Below, in pieces: positions 16,637-30,890 of a stretch of 64,000 bases of DNA. This stretch comes from the human T2T-CHM13v2.0 reference genome, Homo sapiens. Numbering within the stretch: the first letter of the stretch is position 1; the number at the start of each line of letters is the position of its first letter. A program made the translations under genes and the position numbers. The notes beneath the pieces are model-generated. The model was given only the letters and a program-made list of their open reading frames with translations, made no database searches and had not been told where the DNA came from. The stretch lies in NCBI RefSeq assembly GCF_009914755.1, contig NC_060937.1; one strand, given 5' to 3'.

Positions 16637-17720
16637 GTAAGTAAACAAGAGACAGGTATCACACCATTAAAAATAATCCAAGTGGCATGTTTTGAAACAG
16701 GTATCTTGCTCTGCAGATGGCACAGCTGCTAGTACTTATCTGAAGAGGGGTATTCTCTTCTAGAATAACTTGTGTAACAAGGAACGTTAGCCACTTCAGA
16801 AATATAAATGCTTTTTTTTTTTCCTCTCTGCCTCCATTTTCTGCTTCCTGCCTTCTCTCCTCTAAAACCCTCCCCTGCCTTGCCCATTTGAGATGAAAGC
16901 TAGCTTCAGAGCTGACTATCTGCATGGGCCTGCCAATATAAACCTTGAGTACATTACATTTTAGTCTAACAAAATATAGGAATCATGAAGCTAAGCAATC
17001 ACAAAGGAAATGATTGAAAGGAAGAGTCAGAATAGATGTAGAATGAGGGGAAGCATGAAAAAAATCAACATTAAAATCAAATCTAAGTCACTTTTTGCTA
17101 GCAAGAATGAGTTTATGATTTGCAGATTGAATATAACAAAGAAGAAAAGTATTTTTCATAACAATGATTTATATATTCAGCCTTTTGTTAGAAAAGGATT
17201 CCTTTTGTATTACAGCTGTATCTCTTCTTGCCCTTATATTTAAAGTTCTTTCTGCATTTCCATTTTAAGCCCCTAGATTGTTTTGTAACTTGGCCACAAA
17301 AATTCACTGCAGACAGACATTTTAAATTCAAGACATTATTTTTATGGTGGATATTCTAGACTATTAACATTATTCATTTGTCTATTTTTGAGTTAACAGA
17401 ACTATATAACTTGTTTAAATATTCTGGTTATAGAGAATTGTTAATGCTTTCCTACTTGAGTCTTTTTCCTGAAATAAAATTTAAAAATTCAATGAGGTAA
17501 TATTTTCTTCTGAATTGGTAATTTCATGTTCATAACATCCATATTATCAGTAAGTCTTAGAAGTTACCTTTGGCTCCACAGAGCCACTGAATCTTAGAGT
17601 GATAAAGAACTTAAAAGTCATTTAATTTAGTTAGAATATAATAATTACTCCAGGCAATAAGGAAAGTATATGAGCTTACTTCACAACATAGTTACAGAAA
17701 TCAACTTACTTTTTGTTCAG

Positions 17721-17776
17721 AATGAAGTCAAGGTTTTTGTCCATGCACAATAGATGAAGGCCGTCATGTTTCCAAG
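17721..17776 (+). pseudogene. Candidate 56-nt exon
   Basis: Acceptor ttacttttgttcag-like pyrimidine tract ending cag at 17720; donor AAG|gtaagt. Translates MKSRFLSMHNR*RPSCFQ (phase 2 in, phase 1 out). Confidence 0.45.
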
Positions 17777-18079
17777 GTAAGTTCAAATGTCATAGTGTGT
17801 CTAATCTGATTTTCATTTGACTTCAGAGGAATGCCAAAAGAGACAGCATGTTGTATTTACATATCACTATATTTTATATCAAGCTCTTTGTCATCCTTTG
17901 TATTTTTTTTTCTTAGATGGCTCTTAGAAATGTCTTCATGAGATTTGATACAAACTGTGATCTAAAATATAGTATATTTGATTAATTTTGTATCTCAAGA
18001 TATTTTATAGTATAAGAACATTAAGCAAAGTGTCAAAGATTGTTTATTTATATAATTGGAATAAAGGAATGGATACTCT

Positions 18080-20400
18080 TTGGTCACATATAGGACAAAT
18101 TATTCTAGATCCTGGAAATATAAACATGAATAAAACATGATCCTATCCTTTAAGTAATTCATACTCCAACAGAGGAGAAATACAAATATTGATCATACAG
18201 ATAGAATGTGACACATCTTATGACAGATATATGTACTTGGTGCTGTAAAAGCACAGAATAGGAGTGTTTTATTTATTGTGGGGGTCCTAAAATCATCTCC
18301 CAAAGAAGTACGTTTTTCTCCAAATATTTGAGATAAAAAATTGTTAATATGGCAAAACTTTTTTTAAGTGAACCAAAGGCATTTCCAACACACACAAAAA
18401 GAGCATATAGAGATACTCACTGGAGGTATAAGATACTGAATATTAAAAACTACAATAAGTAAAAGACTGAAGAAGAATAAATAAAATGGCAAGGACTCAA
18501 GTAAGATAAAATTATAGAGATAAAAATAGTTGAGTGGGGTAGGTAATGCAGGGCTTTTCTACCATGCTTAAAATTTGATACTTAGACAAAAAGTGATGTA
18601 ATAACTGTTGAAACTTTTAGACAGTACATCTGTTGTGAGCAAATATGTCTTGATTAGGATGTTCTGGTGCCAAAGCTATCCCAGTTAAGAGACAACTCAA
18701 ATAGCTCTTAGTCTAGGATGTTTTCACTAAGTGTAGAGAAAAGGAATACACAAGTCATAATTAGAAATCAAAGCAAATAAGTGTCGATAAATAGAATGGA
18801 GGTGTCACCAAATGAGATTGACGCAGGATATTTTCAGTGCCTGTTTGCCAGCCAGAGTCCTCTGCAGCCAGCAACACGCACACCCAGGCGTCATTCGGGC
18901 ACAGGCTTGCAGTAGAATGTGTCCAGCCTTCTCAGCCCACTGGGCCTGCTCTTGGCTTGTGCTCTAACCTGGATCTTATGTTTGCCCTGGGATCCAGGCT
19001 CAGCCTCCAGCTGGGTCAGGCATGCCCCAACCTGACTGTGTTACAGCTTATTAGTTCCTGCTGCCACACTCTGGCCTGTGACTCTGTAGCTGGCTCAGCC
19101 CTGCCGCTGTTTCCTGTCATTTTGGGAGGGCTGCCTGGTGCTGACAGAGGGTGGAGGGCCATAGTGTTACAGCCTTTTTTGTAACTACATTCATTGGTTC
19201 CCAAGTTCTTGTCCCACATCCAAGAAGAATGAGGTTATTCTGACAATTGAAGGGTAAAAAGGGCAGAGAAAATTTGTATTAAGTGATGGAACAGCTCAGT
19301 GTAGAGGGAGCTCAAAGTTGGTGGTCCCCCACCTAAAGGTGGGTAGTCCCCACCACCTGAAAGAAGGTAGTCCCCCAGTGTGGATGAGTCCAGGGCTTTT
19401 ATGGGCTCAGAATGGAGGTGTGTGTGCTGATTGGTTTGGGAGTATGCAAAAAAGGCTAAATCAAAGGCTCCGCTCAAAGGTGGATACTACAGTGCAAAGA
19501 AACCAATTAGGAAAGGGTAGGTAAATGTAAAATAGGTGAAGTATGGGGATCAATCAGAGGAAAACATGCCAAATGGGAAAAGAGGTTCTCAATCTGGTCC
19601 ATGGATGTATCTGAGACTTGTTGCATGGCTTTCAAGCTTTAAACTGTCTTTGGTTTGAAGGTGGGGTTTCACCAGGGACCCTCCCTGGTCTGTTTAGGGA
19701 TTTGTTTGCCTCCTGCCACTATCAAGATCAAGAAGAGGAGAAAATATAATGAGTTTATTTGAAGGCATTTGGAATTTGAGATGATCTGAAGATACCTAAG
19801 GGTAGACAATTATCACATTTTCAGTGTAGGAATTTCATGTAAATTATTAGTTGGAGCTATAAAATTATGAAAAGAGAACTGGTGTGTAGATAGTACCAGC
19901 AACTTGTGGAATGTCATATTTTAAGTTGTGAATTGAGAAAGAGTGGTTTATTTAAAGACACTGAGAAGGCAAAGTCAGAAATGGAACAACGTAAATTTTT
20001 GGTTGTATAAACTTAAAGAGTAGAATGTTACAAGGTGAGGTTAATACATAAAATGCAAAAGACATAGATGAGAAAATAAATGCTGCAAAGTCTAGTTGAT
20101 TTGTTGATGAAGAGGTCAAGAGTGAAACTGATTCACTGGAGTTGTTAAGGGTAGAAACACAACTACAGTAGGTTGAAGACTGAATGGGAAGTGAGAAAAT
20201 GGAGCTTGAAGTGCCACAAATACAGGACCAGGTCTATCTTGTTTTTCCTAGTATCCCCAGGCATTGCACAGAACCTGACATAAAGAAGGTTTTCAATAAC
20301 TGTGTGTTGACAGGTAGACAGAGATTGACTGATACATCACAATTCTTACCAGAAACTGAGCTGAAAAGAAAAGAAATTGAGCTATAGCCAGAGGGGAATG
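18080..20400 (-). mobile_element. L2 remnant, split by a solo LTR
   Basis: Purine-rich degenerate antisense L2 phrases (ctggaaatataaacatgaataaaacatgatcc; gaggtcaagagtgaaactg). Boundaries approximate. Confidence 0.55.
18819..19724 (-). mobile_element. ERV1 solo LTR, LTR28/LTR27-like
   Basis: TG...CA termini with 4-bp TSD agat (18815-18818 and 19725-19728). The minus strand begins tgatagtggcaggaggc...gaaaccccaccttcaaaccaaagacagtttaaagc. Confidence 0.85.
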
Positions 20401-22633
20401 TAATATTCAGAAATTTTATTTTCTTGTATTTCTGTATAGAAATTGAAAAGCAGTTTCCAGTATTAAAAATAAAGACTAAAATATATAAGACATTGGTAAA
20501 GAGCTACATTATGAAACAAGGTGTTAAGAGATGAGAGCCTATAGTATTGAAAGTAAAGGTGTGGCAGTCTTATTTACTTAGCCTGGAGGGAAGAAATTAT
20601 GGCTGGGGGTGATACAGATAAGGCAATAGGTGGGCTATTTCTCAGTATATAATATAGATATTGTATTTCTTAATATAGAAAGCAAAACAACTTTCTGAAT
20701 GTAAAAATAGGGGGTGGCTAAGACTATGAGAATAGTTGTAAGAAAGAATTATAGATAACAGGCAAAAAAATGATATGCAGCACTGAAGTTCAATCTAAGG
20801 TTAGAAATATCAATTTAGAATATCACCCACTCACAAAGCTGAGTAATTTCAAGGATTAGATATACCGGAGAAGAAGATTGATTGTAGATAATTCTAGGAT
20901 TAGGTATTTTGGGTAAAAGAGGAATGAAAACTAATGTGCAAGGTAATGAAGCAGTTCTGATGATCTTTGTCTATGATGCTGAAGTAGGGGAATAAAGCCA
21001 GGAGAAGAAAACCTTTGGCCTTGTGGGAAGGGAATTATCAACAAACTGGAGATTTTGAGGAGGTTAAAGAACAACTGTTAATGAACCGAAGGTATGAGAT
21101 GGAAGGGATAAGCAATTACATCAGGAAGTGATATTCGCATTTTATCCATCTGAGGTGGAGAAACATGTTAACCCACAGGCTGTGGCTATGAAGAGTCAGT
21201 GGCTAAAATATACTTGAGTGAAAATTACTGGAATTTGGTGGCTCAAGTTGCTTTTTAAGCCAAGATGTTAGAGAGAGGTTCTCCACATAGTTATTACGTG
21301 ACCCCAAATGATGTCACAGCTGGAAATGGAAAAGAAGATAGTAAGTTATGTGCAAAGTGTTTATGGTCCACCAGAGCAGTCATTGATAGTGATAAAGTCA
21401 CTTAGGAAGCATGGAAGTGGAACTCCAGGGATAGGAAAGATACTGGAACAAACAAACAAAAATGAACAACAGCAATAACTAAAAACTCTGACCAGAGATA
21501 TTTAGGGTTAAGGAGTCATTTCAGTTTGAAAATAGGACAAATTGCACAAATCTAAATGCAATTTCAACATTACAATAAAAATCTCAATTTTTGTTGCTTT
21601 TAGTTTAAAACCCTATTGAGTGTGCACTTTGTATCAGTTCATGTGTTATTTGCCATAGATATATAGGTGATTAAGCAAATGTAGACTTGTGGAGCTGACA
21701 GACTACTAGGAGCTCATGGTTTATCAGATCTCATAAATGGAAATGGTTGTCCATATAAATGAATTAATACACATCAACTCTACCATAATTTTTATCCATA
21801 ATTTACAATGATTGTTTACTGAGAATCTGCTAATGGCAGCCATTGGTATATGAAGTGGGATCAAACTGTATTCCTTTTGGCTTAAGGGCATAATAATTCA
21901 TTTGTAAGTAAGGTGGAAGAATAATGTGACATGTTACATAAATGGTAAAGACAATATGTGCTTCAGGAGTGGAAGCAGAAACCAGGCCATGTTATCTTAT
22001 TTTCCTGTAAACCTCAAGGAGTTCGACCTCAATGATCACCACTGTTACTTTTTTTTTTTTTAAGTAAGTGGAGTGAAAGACTCCTTTTATGTCCTCAGAC
22101 ATGCTAGAGGGCATTTATAGAAAACAGAGCAGCATCTGAGTTTTCTCATTCCCTGTTGGATCTGCCTAAGGGAATAAAGATAATTATGATGATCTGTATC
22201 ATTATTGTTTTAATTTATTAAAAGCTAATGATGCACTCAGCACAGTAGTAAGTAACTAAAAGGAAATGGTCCCCACCAGCCTCAGGACAGAGGCAGAATA
22301 CAATAACAAATAGCAATATAGAAGGGGAGGGCAAATTCAACATTCAGTGGCATTTTAGGAACACAAAATTTGGAATAGATTGCTTAAGCTGAGACCTAAC
22401 AAATAAATAGGAGATAAACAAGAAAAAAAAGTGTGGTGAAGGTAGAGCTCTGTGATTGGTGGAAGGATAAATAGCACTTCATTGGTCTTCCCTGGTGGTT
22501 AGATAATATGGGACCAAATCAAGGACACTCAACTTCAAATATATAGCCCATCATCACATTGTATCTCACATCATATATGCCTGGCTTTGATTTAAAATTT
22601 ATGATTGCTACTAGGAAAATGAACCACCCTGAA

Positions 22634-22763
22634 TATTAAATGACCCAGAAGTTGTCAGTGAGACAACAGGAAAAGTTAGACGATAAATTAGTAACCACTA
22701 TTAGATGACCCAGAAGTCCTCTGTGAGACAATAGGAAAAGTTAGACAATAAATTAATAACTAC
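22634..22763. repeat. Diverged 65-bp tandem duplication
   Basis: Units at 22634-22698 and 22699-22763, with 8 mismatches and no indels by manual alignment. Confidence 0.92.
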
Positions 22764-23279
22764 AAGGGAAGTGGGAGGTATGGGTGCTATAGGAACAAGA
22801 GGACTTAACCAACTCTGGGGGGGTTACAGATATGTATAATTGTATGGTTCTACCATGTAGATTGGAATACAGGGAAAATTGGTACAGGGAGAGAGTAAGA
22901 TAGAGAAGGACAAAGTCAGTAAGAGAGAGGGTAGCACAGAAGCGGGACCCGAGAGTGGAAACTGCTTGAGACATGAAGGTTTTTTAGGCTTTGTCGCTAT
23001 TTTTTTCCTGAAGCCCATATACACTTCTACCTTTGTTTCCATTAGTCAGCCAAATATACTTACAAATACATCTTTTTCGTTTGTAATGGTTTTGTTAGTT
23101 ACAAAGAATTCTAATCCTTAGTGATGCACCAATATTTAATGACACCAGAAGATAGTTAAAGTCTAACATATTCATAATATTTAAGAAAGGCAAATGACAG
23201 TAAAAATGATTCAGTGGGAAAAGATATGGAGCTATTATGTGATGCAGTCTGGGTAAATTAGAGTTGATATGGAATGTGA

Positions 23280-25790
23280 TGTATTTATTTATTTAATAGA
23301 TTTAGGGATAAAAGTACAATTGTGTTACATGGATATATTGCACAGTGGTGAAGTCTGGGCTTTTAGTGTACTCATCACCCAAATAATGTTCATGGTACCC
23401 AATAGGTAGTATTTCATCCCTCACCACCCTCCCACCCTCCTATCATCTGGAGTCTCCACTGTCTGTTAGTCCACTCTGTATGTTCATGTGTACCCATTGT
23501 TTAGTTCCCACTTATAAGTGAGACACATGGTTTTGGGGCTTCTGTTTCTGAGTTATTTCCCTAGGATAATGGTCTTCAGTTCCATCCATGTTCCTGCAAA
23601 ATACATGATTTTATTGTTTTCTCTGGCAGAGTAGTATTCCATGATGTGTGTATGTATATGTGTATACACTTTTTTTAATCCAGTCATCCACTGATGGATG
23701 TGTAGGTTGACTACCTGACTTTGTTATTGTGAATACTGTTGCTATAAACATACAAGGGCAGTTGTCTTTTTTATATAATTATTTCTTTTCCTTTCAGTAG
23801 AGACCCAGTAGTGGGATTGCTGGATCAAAGAGTTGCTCTGGTTTTAGTTATCTGAGAAGTCTTTATACCGTTTTCCATAGAAGCTGTACCAATTTACATT
23901 CCTACCAACAGTGTATAAGCATTTTCTTTTCCTACAATCCTTGCCAACATCTGTTGCTTTTTGACTTTTTAGTAATACCCATTCTGAAGGGTGTAAGGTG
24001 GTATCTCATTATGGTTTTAATTTGCATTTCTCTGATGATTAGTGATGTTGAGCACTTCATCATACGTTTGTTGGCCTCTTGTGTATCTTCTTTTAAATAA
24101 TGTCTTTTCATATCCTTTACCTGTTTTAATGGGGTTATTTGTTTTTTTCTTGCTGATTAATTTGAGTTCCTTGTAGATTCTGGGCCTTTTGTTGGATGAA
24201 AAACTTGCAAATATTTTTTCTCATTCTGTAGGTTGTCTATTTAATATGTTAACTATTTATTTTGCTGTGCAAAAGCATTTTAGTTTAAGTTCAATTTGTC
24301 TATTTTTGTTTTTGTTGCGTTTCCTTTTGAAAACTTAGTCATAAATTATTTGCTGAGGCCAATGTCCAGGAGAGTTATTTCTAGATATTCTTCTAGAATT
24401 TTTGTAATTTCAGATCTTATGTTTACGTCATAATCTATCTTGACTTAATTTTTATATATGGCAAGAAGTATGGGTCTACTTTCATTCTTCTGCTTACAGC
24501 TCTTTAATTTTTCCAGCACCATTTATTGAAAATGGTGTCCTTTACCCAGTGTATATTTCTGCCGAATTGTCAAAGATTAGTTGATTGTAGGTATGTAGCT
24601 TTATTTCAGGGGTCACTATTCTGTTCCACTGATCTATATGTCTATTTTTTTACCAGTACCATACTGTTTTGGTTACTATAGCCTTGCAGCATAGTTTTCA
24701 GTCAGATAATGTGACACCTTCAGCTTTATTGTTTTTGCTTAGGGTTGCTTTGGTTCTTCAGGCAGTTTTTTGATTCTGTATAAATTTTAAAATTGTTTCT
24801 TCTAATTCTGTAAACAATGACATTGGTAATTTGATGGGAATTGCATTAAATCTGCAGGTTACTTTGGGACGTATGGTTATTTTAATGATATTGGTTATCC
24901 TAATACATGAGCATGGGATGTGTTTTCATTTGATGTATCCTCTACATTTTTTCATCAGCTTTTTGTAGTTATTTCTGTAGAGATTTCTCATCTCCTTGAT
25001 TAAATGGATTTCTAGGTAGCTTTTTCTTTGTAGCTATTATAAATGGGATTAAATTAATAATTTTATTCTCAGTTTGATTATTATTGGTATATAAGCATGC
25101 TACTGATTTTTCTACATTGATTTTGTACCTAGAAACTACCCTGAAGTAATTTACAAAATCTGAGATTTTTTTGGAGGAGTTTTTAGGGTTTTCTAGTTAT
25201 AAGATCATATCACCAGCAAGCAGAGATAATTTGCCTTCATATTTTCCAATTTGGATGCTTTTTGTTTCTTTCTCTTGCCTAATTGCTGTAGTTAGGTCTT
25301 CCAATACTACGTTGAATAGTAGTGGTGAGAGTTAAGTTTCCTTGTCTTGTTCCAATTCTTAGAGGAAATACTTTCAGTCTTCCTCATTCAGTATGATGTT
25401 GGCTGTGGGGTTGTCATATATGTCTTTTATTATTTTGAGGTATGTCCCTTTTATGCCTAGTTTGTCGAGAGTTTTTGTAATGGAGGAATGCTGGATTTTG
25501 TTGAATATTTTTTCCACATCTATTGAAATAATTATATAATTATTTTTGTAATTATGTTTATGTAGTGAATCACATTTATCAATTTGGCTACATTGAACCA
25601 TCTTTGCATCCCTGGAATAAAGCCCACTTGATCATGGTATATTATCTTTTTAGTGTGTTATTGGATTGAGTTTATTAGTACTTTGTTAAGATTTTGCATC
25701 TATTTTCCTCAGGGAAATTGGCCTGTAGTTTTTTTTGTTGTTGTTGTGGCCTTCCCAGGCTTTGGTATTAGGGTGATGCTGGCTTCGTAT
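23280..25790 (-). mobile_element. 5'-truncated L1PB (about L1PB3/4), 3'UTR plus part of ORF2
   Basis: 3' end gttacatggatatattgcacagtggtgaagtctgggc. ORF 25374-25601 matches the L1 ORF2 RT region ([16 protein letters not shown]...[12 protein letters not shown]). Confidence 0.9.
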
Positions 25791-26064
25791 CTGTGCAATA
25801 TTCTTCACATTCCAGATTCCTTATAATATGGAAATTGTGGTTTCTTGTGTTAGATTTGAAGACTGAATACTATCTAATATTGACGGCTTTTCAAGAAACG
25901 TTATAAAAATGTATTTGTACAATTCAGTAGTTCTATCAATTAAAATATCAATATTTTCTAGCACTTCTTTTCAGGAATTGCTAGAAAAAATAAAACACAC
26001 TGAAATGTAAACCTAGTAACTTACAAAATTATTTTGGTAAAACATAAACAAGAATACTTTAATG

Positions 26065-27005
26065 TACTAGGCATCTTAAAACCGATAAAGTTGTCCCTGA
26101 TGAAGGTGGCCTTCCTGTTCTCCTATGCTTGACTAGACTTTAGACAGGCCTCCTCCTCATGAATCTCTGCCTGACACCTGATCTTCCTTTTCCTTCTTTC
26201 TTTTTTTTTTATTTTCAGGTAGGGATGGGGGTGGGACAAGGTCTCATTCTGTCACACAGGCTGGAGTGCAGTGGAGTGATCACAGCTCACTGCAGCCCTG
26301 ACCTCCCCAGGCTCAGGTGATCCTCCACTCCCAGGCTTCCAAGTAGCTGGAACTACAGGCACACTGCTGCCTCAGCCTCCCAGGTAGTTGTGACTACAGG
26401 TGTGTGCCACCATGCCTGGATAATTTTTTTTCTTTTTTTTTTTATTTTGTGGAGACGAGGTTTCACCATGTTTGCCAGGCTGTCCTTAAACTTGTGGGCT
26501 CAACCCATCCACCTGCCTCTGCCTGTCAAAGTGCTAGGATTACAGGCATGAGCCACTGTGCCAGGCTCTTGATCTTCCTTTTCTCAGAGCATTTACTTTC
26601 TCTGCCCTTTGAAATGTAAATTTTTAAAACACTTCTTAACAAGTTTACCACGGAAGAATATCTTTTGGGTGTTTCTGAGAGTAATCCGTTTGAAATGTAA
26701 CTATCAAAGAAGTGGAGTTTATATCTCTTAGATTCTGAAGGAGGGTAGGACTAAGTTGTAAAGCTACCTCCTGTCAGGAAGATATGAGAAAGTTGACTTT
26801 TCCCTTGGGTACAAATGATTAGCAGACACAGATGGCCTATAATCCTCCTCACCACTGCCCCAGCTCTTAAAACTCTTCAGCCTTTTCTTTAAGCAAAGTT
26901 GAGATAAGGCTGAGTTCTGGCCTCTATACCTTACTGTAATAGCCTTGGATAAAGTGTTCCTTCCCTGCTTATTTAAAATTGTCTGGTGTAATTTTTACTT
27001 TGGCA
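26065..27005 (+). mobile_element. ERV1 LTR, MER39/MER34-like, split by an AluJ
   Basis: actttagacaggc, agagcatttacttt, tttgaaatgtaa, attagcagacacagatggcc; ends ...actttggca. 5' boundary uncertain. Confidence 0.7.
26193..26569 (-). mobile_element. AluJ with internal duplication
   Basis: 14-bp TSD tgatcttccttttc (26179-26192 and 26570-26583). The gtagctgg-actacagg segment occurs twice. Confidence 0.9.
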
Positions 27006-27094
27006 TTCATAAGTAAGTTCTGAGTTTGCTAAAATTCCATGGAATGAATTTGACATGTAGTGGCAATAGCAAGGTCACTGCCCTGAAAAAAAAA

Positions 27095-27290
27095 ATTAAC
27101 TCTAAATAGTTTATACACCTAAATGTGAAATACAAATGATAAAACTCCTAGAAGAAAACATAGGAGAAAATCTTCCCAAACTTTTATTTTGCAATAATTT
27201 TTTAGATAAAATACTGAAAGAAAGCAGCATATGTGAAAGAAAATAAATCTATAGGTAGGTTTTTATGACACCATAAAAGAAGAAATTTTT
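27095..27290 (+). mobile_element. Old L1 ORF2 fragment
   Basis: cctaaatgtgaaa...aaaactcctagaagaaaacataggagaaaatctt. Confidence 0.75.
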
Positions 27291-27613
27291 TTCAGCTAAA
27301 ATATAATTTTTTAAATGTGAATGTAAGATTTTTTAAGATAAATCTTAAAACTAATTGGTTGTATAGTCCCAAAGATTGGGCAGAGAAGGCAAATTCTAAC
27401 ACTAAAATTGTGGAAAAAAGGAATCCAGGTCTCCATTATAACTTATTTAATTCATCATATCTAGTTTATGGAGTTTTGTTATTTAGTTTCTATCGCTGCC
27501 AAAAAAATGAATTCAAAAATGTGCTAACATTTTGCTATGCAATATCATCATCTGTTAAAATTCAAGAAACTGACCTAAATGCTTACATGACAGAATTCGA
27601 TGAATAATATCAT

Positions 27614-27982
27614 TACTTTGATCTCAATGTTTGTGTCCCCCCAAAATTCATATGTTGAAATTCTAACCCCTAAGTTGATGCTATTAGGAGGTGGAGACTT
27701 CTTGGATGTGATTGGGTCATGAAGATGGAGCCCTCATGGATTGAATTAATACCCCTTTAAAATCAGATCTGAGAGAGTATATTTGCTTCTTTCCACTATG
27801 TGAGGACACAATGAGAAGGTACCATCTATGAATCAGGAGACAAACCCTCACCAGACACCAAATATGCCAGGGGCTTGATTTCGGACTTCTCAGTCTCCAG
27901 AACATTGAGAAATAAATTTCTGTTTTTCATCAGCCTCCCAGCCTCTGGTATTTTGTTATGGCAGTCCAAAAAGACTCAGACA
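27614..27982 (+). mobile_element. MaLR solo LTR (MLT1A/MSTD-like)
   Basis: aatgtttgtgtccccccaaaattcatatgttgaaa...ccagaacattgagaaataaatttctg...gactcagaca. Confidence 0.9.
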
Positions 27983-29902
27983 CATGCACACTACGTTAAT
28001 ATTTTTAAAGGCATCTCACATTTTAAAACATCACATCCCATATTCTATTTAGTTAAGGCCTTCCTTCCAATATGATAAAAGTCAATGACCCTTACTCTTG
28101 AGGAGAAAAGTGGAAAGTCAAGTCATTGTCAGATAGAAAAGATTATAGTAATAAACTGTAATGATGAATAGAATGTTCACCCCCAACCTAGGACTTCTTT
28201 TTCTAAATCCTTTGACTTGAGGAAACATGCCCAATGATAGCCAGAAATTTGAATGTCTCAGATAGTTGAGTCCTCAGGTCACTGCTGTGATTCAGGGAAA
28301 GTACAATTACATGTTCTCAATCACATTCAGATGAGAGATATTGATTATGGCCTCTATTATTGAAGGTGTAGGGAACAGTACACCTAGATAAGAACAAAGA
28401 TTATCTTGGAGATTAAAAGGAATCACTAACAAGGAAACAGCAAGATATTATTAAAAGAATATTATGTATTTGTCTTTATTTGTCATACTTCCCAACATTT
28501 TCTTAATTAGACTGAGGTATCCATACTGGGTTTAGGAGAATTGATTGTTATAATTTCAGGAGAAAGACAGGCAATGTCTAGCTTATTGGACCTTCATAAC
28601 GCACCGTTGGGAATCAAAAAGAAAATCTCTGAAGGGAGCTGGAATTAACAATGATGTCATAAGAAGAGCTTAGAAGATAATTCAGAGAAAGCCAGGCTAT
28701 CCTGCCAATGGCTGGATATGAAAGGAAGAAAGGGGATTCTCCTCAGAGGACATCAGGGCCTGAGAGGGAGGCACCAGTCCTAGGGACATCAGTGAGCCTG
28801 AGGAGAGGAGAACAGTCAGCAGCAAAGTACCTTCTAATTCTTCTTTGCCCAGTGCCCAGGAGACCTGAGTGTCCCAGCCAGTATCTCCACTCCACCATTT
28901 GACATTTTAGTGAACATATCCTGTAGCCTATACCGGCTGAACAGTCATATTATTATCACTTTTAGGAAACAGCTTTCCATCTGCAGCTATCTGAAATGTT
29001 TTTTTGTTGTTGTTGGTGGTGGTGGTGGTGGTGTTCTAAATAAGATATCCTGTTCCTTCCTCAAAAATGCTGTCTCAACCTACACTATTTTATGTGGAGT
29101 GGACTGTGCTGACTTACCAGTCATATATAAGGCTAATATAGCCTTAAACTCAGTATAATAACTGTAACCACATGATTTTCTGGTAAATATTTTTCATTGA
29201 AAGCAAGGTTACTTGAACTAAACTTAGTTTAATTGATTTATTCAATGGAGACACTAAGAATAGTACTTGAAAGGTTCAAATTAGTATAAAACTAGTAAAG
29301 GAGCTAAGGGATGGAATAATGCCTCAATCAAGGCCTGCCTGTCAAAGCATTCCCACTGAAGAATTCTTTCAAATAAACTATTTCTGGTTCCCGGGACTAC
29401 AGAACCTCTAAATGACAATTTCTCATTGCATCACAAGTGCCAAGATATTTATGTTGTATTCTGTAGGCACCATAATATTAAAGAGAATAACCAATAATAT
29501 TCATGGAATGAACAATAAAATTAATGATTTTGGCAATTATAAAAAGAACACTGAGTTATTAAAATTAGTCTGATCTTTAAGAAATTTCAGCCCAGCAGTA
29601 CTAATGTTATTAAAAATAGCAAGATCATAACAAGTAGTCATTTGAATTTGCATATGTGAATAAGAATGTTCTTAATTACAAATTACATTCTTTAAATTAT
29701 TTAGAAGCTGTAAATCAGTACAACAAAGAAAAACATGTTTAAAGAGTAAAGTGTTTAGGGGATTTTCAAATGCAGATAATGGCAGCAACAATAGTAAAAC
29801 AAGGGTTTTGCTCTTTTTCAAATAAAATATTTTATTTAAATAGAATATTATGAAAGAAATTATAAAAATTTCTAAAATTCAGTAACACCTCCCTTAATCT
29901 AG

Positions 29903-29954
29903 AGTGCTGTTTTCTGGAAGATATGATTATCTACAACATCATCCTAAAACAAAA
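29903..29954 (+). pseudogene. Candidate 52-nt exon
   Basis: Acceptor cctcccttaatctag; donor AAA|gtaagt. Open frame (E)CCFLEDMIIYNIILKQ (phase 1 in, phase 2 out) resembles the FGF E-C-x-F-x-E motif. Confidence 0.3.
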
Positions 29955-30890
29955 GTAAGTGAAACTGATTCCAGGCATCCCAAAAAGGTAGACATAAAGT
30001 TCTGCTACTAAGTCATTTATTTAACAATGATTTATCAAATATTTATTACTTAGTAGCCACTACGTAAAACGTCAGGAAATACGGATTAACAGATCTTAAG
30101 CAATGTCCTCTTTCGGGAAGATGAAGTAGACATACTTTTTATCTATTTTTTTCACTAAGTGCAACAACAAAAAAATCCTACATTATATACAAAACAACTG
30201 TAAGATTGCCCTGAACAGTAAAGAGTATAAGTCAGACCAGCTAAGAACTCAGGACCAGAGGAACAAAGGTGGTCAGTTCCCTGAGTTTTATTTTTGCCTC
30301 ATATATCCTAGACTAGGTACTATAGAAGCTGGCAACCTGGAAATGACAAGTGTAGGTCAAGAAAAGTCAGCTCTTTGTGAACAACAGATAAGGAAGGAGG
30401 TAGCCTAGCAAGACCTGAAAACTTTTTACTTACTAACCCTCTATCCAGTAAACTACCAGAGACAAATTTTCAGCCCCAACTCAGCAAAAGCAAGTGATGA
30501 GGCTAGACTTCCACTCTTTTCAGGCTATACCAAGGTGACCAACTCACCCAAAAATATGGTGTCAGAGAAACTGAATGTAGACAGCCTTGCACCCTCAGTG
30601 TCAGTGAAGTCCTGTGGAGACTAATGACAAGGTGCCCCTCTCCCTGCCATTTAGGGTACTATCAGCAAATGGCTAACAAGTACCCTAAATTCCCATTTCA
30701 GCCAAGAAGTAAAAAATAGCCCTAGTTCCTGGGAGTCAAAAGAGACCAAATGGAGAACCTGGACTTCCAGCCAACCTGGCAGTAACAAGGGAGCATTCCT
30801 GCCTCCAGAGCAGGGCCAGAGGAAGTCAACTAAATTTCAAGACTCAAATGAGATCCAGAGTATGAAAACATAATTCCAAAAATGTCCAGG

